From: the human T2T-CHM13v2.0 reference genome, Homo sapiens
Length of the DNA stretch: 64,000 nt
Assembly: GCF_009914755.1 (NCBI RefSeq)
Contig: NC_060933.1
Direction: 5' to 3' (one strand)
Position numbers and translations under genes: made by a program. This document shows, piece by piece, positions 55,101-64,000 of the stretch; positions within the stretch are counted from its first letter, which is position 1; each line of letters begins with the position of its first letter. The notes under the pieces were generated by a model. That model saw only the letters and a list, made by a program, of their open reading frames with translations, made no database searches and was not told the origin of the DNA.

Positions 55101-55589
55101 GGGGCTGGAGGGAAGGGCCCCGCTGCTGCTTCTAGGCAGGAGGGCCTCTGGGTGATGAGTAGCACCGACCCCACTCCTCTGCGGACCAGCTGAGGTCCCC
55201 GCTCCCTTGGCTTCCCAAGATCCACCGTCTCATAAGATACCTGTGGGCCCTCCTTCTTCAGGGAGTCTGGCGAGGGCCCTGCTGGGTTTGATCTCACTGC
55301 ACAAAGCCAGCACATAACAGGTCCTTAGTGTTTGCCGAATGAGCAAATGGTGAGTGAATGAATTAATGAGTGGGAGACAGGCCGTAAAAGAAAACTGATA
55401 AACTAAGGGAGAAAAAAAGCCAAATATACCTTAACCATGCAACTTCACGGAATCACAGATCTGGGGGGACTAACTGGGTGGTGACTAGAAGCATGGCCAG
55501 AATGTGGGGGGGTGGGTGGGTGGAGGCAGGAGTTTAAGAGGCCTCTTGAAGCTGTCCCAGGAGAAAGACCAGAGCCGGGATGGGGCTGA

Positions 55590-55775
55590 GCCCTGATTGG
55601 ATATAAGGGTGTTCATCGCGGATGTTCCACCAATGAGGCAATCAGCTCTTCCGCCGCGTCCGCAAAGGCGAGATTTCGCGCGTGTTTGAATCCCTGCTCT
55701 GCGACCCATTCACAGAGATGTCTCGAGCGCAAGCCTTCTCTGCAGTTTTCTCAGCTGCACCGTGGAGGTGAGAGC
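55590..55775 (+). promoter_or_regulatory. Putative NF-Y + E2F/CDE-CHR cell-cycle-type promoter with a first-exon splice donor
   Basis: ATTGG 55596-55600, CCAAT 55630-55634, TTTCGCGC 55674-55681, CHR TTTGAA 55685-55690, dense CpGs, donor GAG|GTGAGA at 55767/55768. Confidence 0.6.
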
Positions 55776-55850
55776 GGCACAGCCCTCCCCTGGTAGCAAT
55801 GCGGACCTGGGAGGCACTGGGTGAAAAGCACCAGCTTCGGTCGGGCTGGA
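55665..55850 (+). mobile_element. CpG-enriched MIR overlapping the promoter
   Basis: gtttgaatccctgctctgcgac...gcaagccttctctgcagttttctcagctgcaccgtggag...gtgaaaagcacc follows the MIR consensus GGTTCGAATCCCGGCTCTGCCAC...GCAAG...CCTCAGTTTCCTCATCTGTAAAATGGGG...GTAAAGCGC. Confidence 0.7.
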
Positions 55851-57379
55851 ATTGGGGGCTACTGGGGACTCCTGGCCAGGGCCATGGCCCCGCAGTGGCG
55901 TGTGCTGGAGTAATGGTCCTCTCACTTTTCTTCCCCGCCACCGGACTGGGAGCTCCTGACGGGTAGAGACTGTGTCCCAGGGCTCATCCCAGGGCTGGCA
56001 GGAGGAGGACTTGGCAAGGTCTAGGGTGTTAGCTTCAAGAACGGGTGCACTTCCCTAGGGGGCTGTTCACAAAGGGACGCAGAGCATGGAGGGGCAGCCA
56101 GGCCTCCACTATCTCATGCAGCCTGCCCCATCGGCAGACCCTGTCTGGATGCCAGCCGGGAAGCCCGGGGCCACAGAAACGCCGCAGCAGAGCCAGCCAG
56201 GCCCATGGGAAACGGGTCAAAGGCAAATGAGGGACTTCCAGCGGCTAGGAACCAGAGAGAGAGGAGGCAGGGAGGGGACACCTGGGTGGACAGAACACCT
56301 ACAACATGCCAGGAGGAAGTCATGTTCTCCTCCCCATTTTACAGATGGGAAAATTGTGAGCTTTGTCCTGTATTACTCCACGGAGACTTCGAGGAGGGGA
56401 AGGAGGGAGACGTGGATAAGGCGCAGGGTGGGCCGTCCCCGGCAGCAGCATCTTGGGATCAGAGAACGGCCAGCTGTGGTCTCCAGGTCCTTGCACCCCA
56501 GGTTCTGTGCCTCAAGCACCCTGGCTTGGGCTTCCCCTGGGTTGGGCCTCTAAGTTTCCTCTGAGGGGCATTCCTTCTGGGTTCACCATTCAGATCAACC
56601 TAGGCTGACAGAAAGCCAAGAAAGAGTAGATTTCTCTCTTCTGCGCTTGAGGGGCAGAGACAGTGGGGGTCACTGGTACCCTGGAGGATGGGGCCAGTTC
56701 AGAGATCCTTGTGAATGAACACCAGTGAGACAGGATCACAGGACAGGCTGGTGGCTCCCATGTTCCTGCCTTCTCTCGGGGCCAGATTCACCTTCAGATT
56801 CCAGGGCCCACACCCCTGTGTCCCAGCATGACCTGGAAGGAATTCCAAATAGTCCCAAGGGTTCCCGGACCTAAACCTGGGGCTACGGGCTGGGCTTTGG
56901 GCTCAAGCTGAACTCACCCCCCGTCTTCTGCCTCATGTCATCTTCACCCAACTAGGATCCCTGCTGGTCACCGCTCAGCCCCTTGCCTGCCCTGGTCAGG
57001 GCAGGAAGCTCGTCTGGTGCCAGCAATAGGCACCAGAATTGGCCACACTGCCCTAAGGCCATCAGCAGCCCCGCAGGACCCCAGCCTTGCCCATGCCCTC
57101 TCCAGCTGGCTCAGCTCAAGGCCAAGCTCTCATAGCCCTTTGGACACTGATTCAAACAGCTCCCCGTCCTGCAGCCTGGCCTACAGCCAGGCCAGGTCCT
57201 GCAACGTTCCCCCCCCAACCCCCTCAAACCAGCGTGTTCAGAGCCCCCGTGCCCCGCCTTCCCCCAAAGCCTGCCTCCCCTGATTTCTGTTGGATTTGAC
57301 ATTCGCCCTGTGGCTCAGACGCCCAGGACCCCCCACAGCCCTGCCTGGGGACCCAGCCCGGGTTCCAGCTGGCTGGCGA

Positions 57380-58170
57380 GCCCAGCCAAGCATCACCGCT
57401 CCCGCGACATCCCTGAGTGACAGGAAACAACTCGCTCCTTCCAAGAGGCGAAGCTCTGACAAACACTCACTAGGAAATAATAAAGTGGCAAAATAATTCT
57501 GCATCGGACACACTTACCAGAGCAGAAAGCGTCTGCGGAGGAGACAACATCTTGTACCATCTATCTTCCTTAAATCCTCACGCTGTGACAAAGTGGAGGG
57601 CGAAATCATGATGAATGATCGGACACATTTAGCCAGTACCTGTGCTCTGTAACGAGCGTGGCCCGGGAAAGGGGCCCTAATGAAGATCTGTGCCCCCGCC
57701 CCAAACCGGGCCTCGTCGGAAACAAGTCTTTATTACGAAATTGGCGCCTAGTTTTCATACCACGCAGGATGGAGGCGCAAGGTGTGACATGAATTAACGC
57801 CGGCACCTGCAGGGTCAGCCCAGCCCTCGCTGGCGGTACAGAGACAAACGGGTTCGGCTCCCGCCACCACCCTGCGTCTGGTTGACAAGGCGCCAGTCGC
57901 CTTCGGATTGTGCGGGAACACGCCTCGGTTTTGTTCCTACCCGGCCCGCCATCATTTATTCTGCTGCCTCATTTGAATATGATGAATACTGTAGTCCTTT
58001 ATTTGTTCACAACAACCAAATAATTGTAGATCCGTGGGCTTCGGGGCAATTAATCACATTTTTCCCTCCACCAATCCACTATAAACATGACATTGAACAA
58101 TAAAGTACATTAACCTCTGCTTTGCACAAAACTTTGCTTATTTAAACACCGCAAGGTTATTTGTTTTCCT
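57380..58170. promoter_or_regulatory. CpG-rich unique block, candidate multi-module developmental enhancer or promoter
   Basis: TGAGTGACAG 57414-57423, AGGTGTGA 57780-57787, CATGAATTAA 57788-57797, AACAAT 58096-58101, many CpGs, no repeat signature. Confidence 0.55.
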
Positions 58171-58344
58171 TCTTGCCAGGCCCCTGCCATGAAGAAGAGG
58201 TAGTGCGGAGAGAAGGCCCACCCCATACTGGGCAACCACACCAGCCCAGCCCAGCCCCCAGCTCAGCCAGGCCCGGGGCCTAGTGTTAGGAGCGAGCAGG
58301 TGTGGCTGCAGGCCCTGGAGTGGGCATCCCGGCAGGACCTGAGT

Positions 58345-58510
58345 CTGTGTATACGTGTGTGTAAGCATGTGTGCACATTTGTGTGTGTATGCACAGCTGT
58401 CACTATGCGCATACTTGTGTGAATGTGTCTGTATTGCACATGTGTTCCTGTGCATATATATGTTTATATATGTCTGGTCTCAGAATAGAGGTTCTGAGGA
58501 AAAAGTCTAA

Positions 58511-58542
<32 letters not shown>

Positions 58543-58565
58543 ATAAGCGTTCTTGTTTGCACATG
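58345..58565. repeat. (TG)-rich low complexity, including (TG)n at ~58511-58538
   Basis: Directly visible. Confidence 0.85.
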
Positions 58566-59097
58566 TGTGGCCATTTTAAAATACGGCTGCAAATTATTTC
58601 ACATCCTTCCCATCAAGAGGTGGGATCTATGTCCTCCCCTCCTTGAATCGGGGTAGACTTGTGACTGCTTTGACCAAATCTCAGTGAGGTCAAAAAAGGC
58701 CACGCAGCCTTCGCTTTGTTCGTGGGAACACTTACTCTTGGAGTCCTGAGTTGCCATTTAAGAATCCCAGCTACTCCGAGGCTACCACGCAAAAGAGGCC
58801 ACATGGAGAGGCCCTGAGATCTCAAGGAGAGAGACAGAGAGAGAAAGAGATGCCGGATGAGTACCCAGCCATTCAAGACATCCCAGCCCAAGCACCAGAC
58901 ATGTGAGTGAAGACACCTCCAGCCATTCCATTCTTCCCCATGGAGGATCCAGATGTGTTGCAGCAGGGACAGGCCATTCCCACTGCATCCTGCCTGAATT
59001 CTCGCCTCACAGAATCCATGAGCATAGTAGAAGGGTGTTGCTTCGTGGCACCAAGACTGGGGTGGCTTGCTATGTAGCAATAGATAATAGGGCTGAA
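58565..59097 (+). mobile_element. MLT1 (E/F-like) LTR
   Basis: catcaagaggtgggatctatgtcctcccctccttgaatc...gaggccacatggagaggccctgaga...gctatgtagcaatagataa. Confidence 0.85.
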
Positions 59098-59524
59098 AAT
59101 CTGTGCAATGTGTGCATGTGCATGCATTTGGGGGTGCGTACATGAGCAAGTGATGTATGTGAGCAGTACATATATGTGCACCATGCATCCAAGTCTTCAC
59201 TCGGCACCTTACTGAACACCTTCTGGGCCAGTCTTTTTCTAGGCATGTGGGATACATCAGTGACCAACGCAAAGGCCATGTCCTCATGGAACTTGACTTC
59301 CAACAGATGGAGATAGACAATAAATAATAAACTAAAGAAGAAGTTAAATTAGATGGCAAGTTATAAGGTGAATACTACTATGGAAAAAGGGAAAGCCAGA
59401 GCTGGGTGTGGGGATCAAGAGAGCTGGAGACTGGGGGTGGGTCACATTTTTCTACAGGGTGGTAAGGGCAGGCCTCTTTGAAAAGACGGCATTGGAAAAA
59501 TCCTCGAAGGGCATGAAAGAGTTT

Positions 59525-60306
<782 letters not shown>

Positions 60307-61053
60307 GTGATGGAGATCTGGGAGAGGAGCAGTCTGGGCAGGAGGATCAGCCAGTGTGAGGGCCCTGCAATGGGCAGAGCAGCAGGTTCAAGGATCAACA
60401 AAGAAGTGGGTGGGCAGGGAGAGAAGAGGAGGAGACGGGTGAGCCAGGTGACAGGGGCTGATTCACACAGCCTTGAGCCATTGTAGGGACATGGCTTTCA
60501 CTGTGGGTGAAACAGAGCTTTGCAAGGTTCCGAGCATCATCTTTTCTAACCAGGATTGAAAAGGCTCTCTCAGTGCTTTGAGAATAGACTCTGGGGTTGA
60601 GGGCAGATTAGGGAGAACAATTAGGAGCCTGGTGCGATAATCCAATGATCCATGTGGTGGCTTGGACCAGGTGGTGGTGGTGGAGGTGGTGAGAGGTGGT
60701 TTATTATGGATATATTTTAGGGGTCCAGGCAACAGGACTCCCAGATGCATTGGAATGTGGGGTGTGAGAGAGAAATCAAGGAGGACTCCAAGATCCCTGG
60801 CTTGAGAAACGGGAAGGAGAGAGTCATGATCAGCCAAAATGGAGAAGGCTATGGAAGGATCAGGTTTGGGATTGGGATAGACCAGGAAATGTGAGTATAT
60901 ATCATCATATGCATTTATGTGAATGTGAGAGTGCATAAGTGTGTATGTATGTGTGTGTCTGCATGTATCTTTGGACGCATTATGCACTCAGATAGGTCTA
61001 GGTGCTTTTGTACGTGTCTACTGATGGATATTTTTATCTTTAAGAAGAATTTA

Positions 61054-61359
61054 GGCCAGGCACAGTGGTTCACGCCTGTAATCTCAGCACTTTGGGAGGC
61101 TGAGGAGGGCGGATGACTTGAGGTCAGGAGTTCGAGACCAGCCTGGCCAACATAGTGAAACCCATCCCTACTAAAAATACAAAAATTAGCTGGGCATGGT
61201 GGCAGGCACTTCTAATCCCAGCTACTCCGGATGCTGAGGCAGGAGAATACTTGAACTTGGGAGGCGGAGTTTGCAGTGAGCCAAGACTGCGCCACTGCAC
61301 TCCAGCCTGGGCTACAAAGCCAGACTCCTTCTAAAAAAAAAAAAAAAAAAAGAAAGAAA
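61054..61359 (+). mobile_element. AluS
   Basis: Dimeric Alu; flanks aagaagaattta / aaggagaatcta. Confidence 0.94.
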
Positions 61360-61832
61360 AAGGAGAATCTAAATGAGTACCTGCAATGTGTTTGCATATG
61401 TTTGTGCATTTATGTGACTTTTTGTAGTGCGTGTGCCTGAGGAGTGTATGTGTATATCCGTGGAGGGGTGTGTGTGTGTGCGTGTGTGCATGTGTGCATG
61501 TGTGTGTGAAGTGCTCCAGAGAGACAGTGCAGGGAGGCCAGTCTCCTGTCAATGGACTTGTCTTGGGTGGACAGGATGGAGGTGGGGTTTACATAGGCAG
61601 GGCTGTACTCAAAAACCTCTTTGAAGCCAGACCCCAGGGCAGGGAGAGTCTGTTCATCCAGGTTCTCATTGAGAAGGAGGTGGTGAAAGAGAGGTAGGCC
61701 TCCCACGGATGGGCACAGAGCTCCAGCCGCACCAGGTGGTACCCACATGCCAACAAGGGGGGAATTGGTCAAGTGGATTGGGAGTCTCCACAGGATGGAA
61801 TGTAGGTTTGCCTTCAAAATATGGCATCTTTA

Positions 61833-62477
<645 letters not shown>

Positions 62478-62719
62478 AAGAAAGAGTTAATTATTTGGGA
62501 AAAAATGTCCCAAAAGAATAGTAAACTTTAATAAGAGCTAATGAAGTTCTTCACAAAGAGAAGCCATCTAATGAATACTCCCTCAACTCATAGCTGCCAA
62601 ACATCTTGGCTATAGGATCTGTACCCTTACTTTACTCTCTTTGCTTCCCACCAGGCTGAACGGAGGAGCTTCCCCTACCCATCTCTGAGGTACCCCCTCT
62701 CTCTCAGTGGAAACTCATT

Positions 62720-63090
62720 CCACCTATCAATCACTGTGGCCCTCACTGCAGCTGCCAGGTTGGGCATGGTATCATTGCTAGAGTAGATTAATAAAGCCTC
62801 AGGTACATGGTATGTGGCCATTCACCTCATGAACACATTCTTTTCTATTCCAATCAAAAAGAGGATCTGAAACAGACTGCAATAGTTATTTGCAGTTTTG
62901 TAGTTTTGCCCAGAGGCTATATTAACTCTTCCATCCCCTGTCATAAAATTGTCCAAGGAGATACAGACTGCCTCCAGATTGCAAAGAACATCACATTGAT
63001 CCATTACATCAATGATATCATGCTGATACAGACAAGCAAAAAGTGCTAGCTCTTTGGAGGTCTTGGGAAGACACAGGCACACCAGAAGGT
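62720..63090 (+). mobile_element. ERVL-class internal pol (reverse transcriptase) relic
   Basis: ORF 62807..63049 FVVLPRGYINS...CHKIV...NITLIHYINDIMLI matches ERVL RT (FTVLPQGYINS...CHNLV...ITLVHYIDDIML); YIDD has decayed to YIND. Confidence 0.88.
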
Positions 63091-63094
63091 GTGC

Positions 63095-63950
63095 ATGTAT
63101 TTATAATTAGTGTAAACGGTATTGTATAACTTTGCCATTCTCTTACTAATTGTTTTTCAATTGGCACTATGTTTTTAAGATCTATTCATGTTGCTATGTG
63201 TACATATATGATCCTTTGCTTCATAATAGTGGGGGCCAAACCAGGTGGCTACTGTCTGTCCTCCTCCCACAAATCTGCAACAGAAATCCTTGTAGATTTC
63301 CCAGTGTACAGCTGTGTTAGAATTTCCTTGAATCCTAGGGTACCTATGTGCTTAATTTGCATAAGTAATGTGGAATCACTCTCCAAAAAGGCCTTACCAA
63401 TTTACACTCTCATCAGCCATGTGTGAGGAATCCTATCTTCCTTATTTCTACCATTAATTGGTATTACACAGCTTTCTAGTTTTTGCCAGTCTAAGGTGTA
63501 AAGTGATATCTCGTTTTAATTTGCATTTCTCTAACTACTAATGAGTTTGAGCATCACTTCATGTGCTTATTAGCTTTGGGGGTTTCCTTTTCTGTAAATT
63601 GCCTGTCATATCATTTGCCCATTATTCTATTGGAGTTGATGTCCTCTTGTTGTTGCTTTGCAGAGCTCCTTGTATACTCTAGGTGTTAATCCCTTGTCAA
63701 TTTTAGACTTAAAAAAATCTTAATCCTATCATCTGACGCTTAATTGGTTTACGTTCTTTTTTTGTTAAACACAGTTTCTTAATTTTGATGTAATCAAATT
63801 CAGCAAATTTGTGCATTGTGGCTTGTGCTTTTAAAGTTTTGTTAAACAAGCCTCCTTCCCTTTCCTAAGCCCAAAGATATCCTTCCACATTTGTGTCTAT
63901 TAACTCTATGCTTTTTAAGTTTCACATTTAAATCTTTAGTGTACCTAGAG
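63095..63950 (-). mobile_element. L1M 3' fragment
   Basis: tttttaagatctattcatgttgctatgtg; accaatttacactctcatcagc; gttttaatttgcatttctctaact. Confidence 0.85.
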
Positions 63951-64000
63951 CCCCCGCCCCGCCCCCACCACCCCGCCGCACATGAGGCAAAACAGGAGTC

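Noticed and set aside
58613-59359. 248-aa minus-strand ORF
   Set aside because: Runs through L2, low-complexity sequence and an MLT1 LTR; no domain.
61725-61745. CTCF-like GCACCAGGTGGTAC
   Set aside because: Mismatches at informative positions; cannot be supported without PWM scoring or ChIP data.

Overview
Primate (human-like) intergenic DNA with no credible protein-coding gene, RNA gene or CRISPR array. A large share of the window is interspersed repeats: Alu J/S/Y, old L1M/L1ME/HAL1, one L1PA 3' fragment, L2, L3, MIR, MaLR/ERVL LTRs (THE1, MST, MLT1, MLT2), an ERVL pol relic and DNA-transposon relics. There are also large simple repeats: a ~835 bp TG-rich array and a ~355 nt pure-purine Alu tail. 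The ORFs I examined are repeat-derived or have no recognisable domain. The first ~24 kb is AT-rich and L1-dense; the remainder is more GC-rich and L2/MIR/MLT-rich. Between the repeats sit about ten short unique islands dense in POU, TALE (PBX/MEIS/PKNOX), HOX, ONECUT and other homeodomain motifs, two of them CpG-rich. This suggests an enhancer archipelago for a developmental gene outside the window. The most striking element is at ~55.59-55.77 kb: a CpG-rich MIR whose Pol III B-box reads as a CHR (TTTGAA). It lies 4 nt downstream of an E2F/CDE element, with two CCAAT boxes 34 bp apart upstream and a splice donor downstream. This is the NF-Y + CDE/CHR (DREAM/MuvB) cell-cycle promoter architecture, apparently built on a SINE with no coding gene attached. 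Repeat subfamily calls are by eye from recalled consensus sequences and need RepeatMasker/Dfam confirmation. I could not identify the locus.
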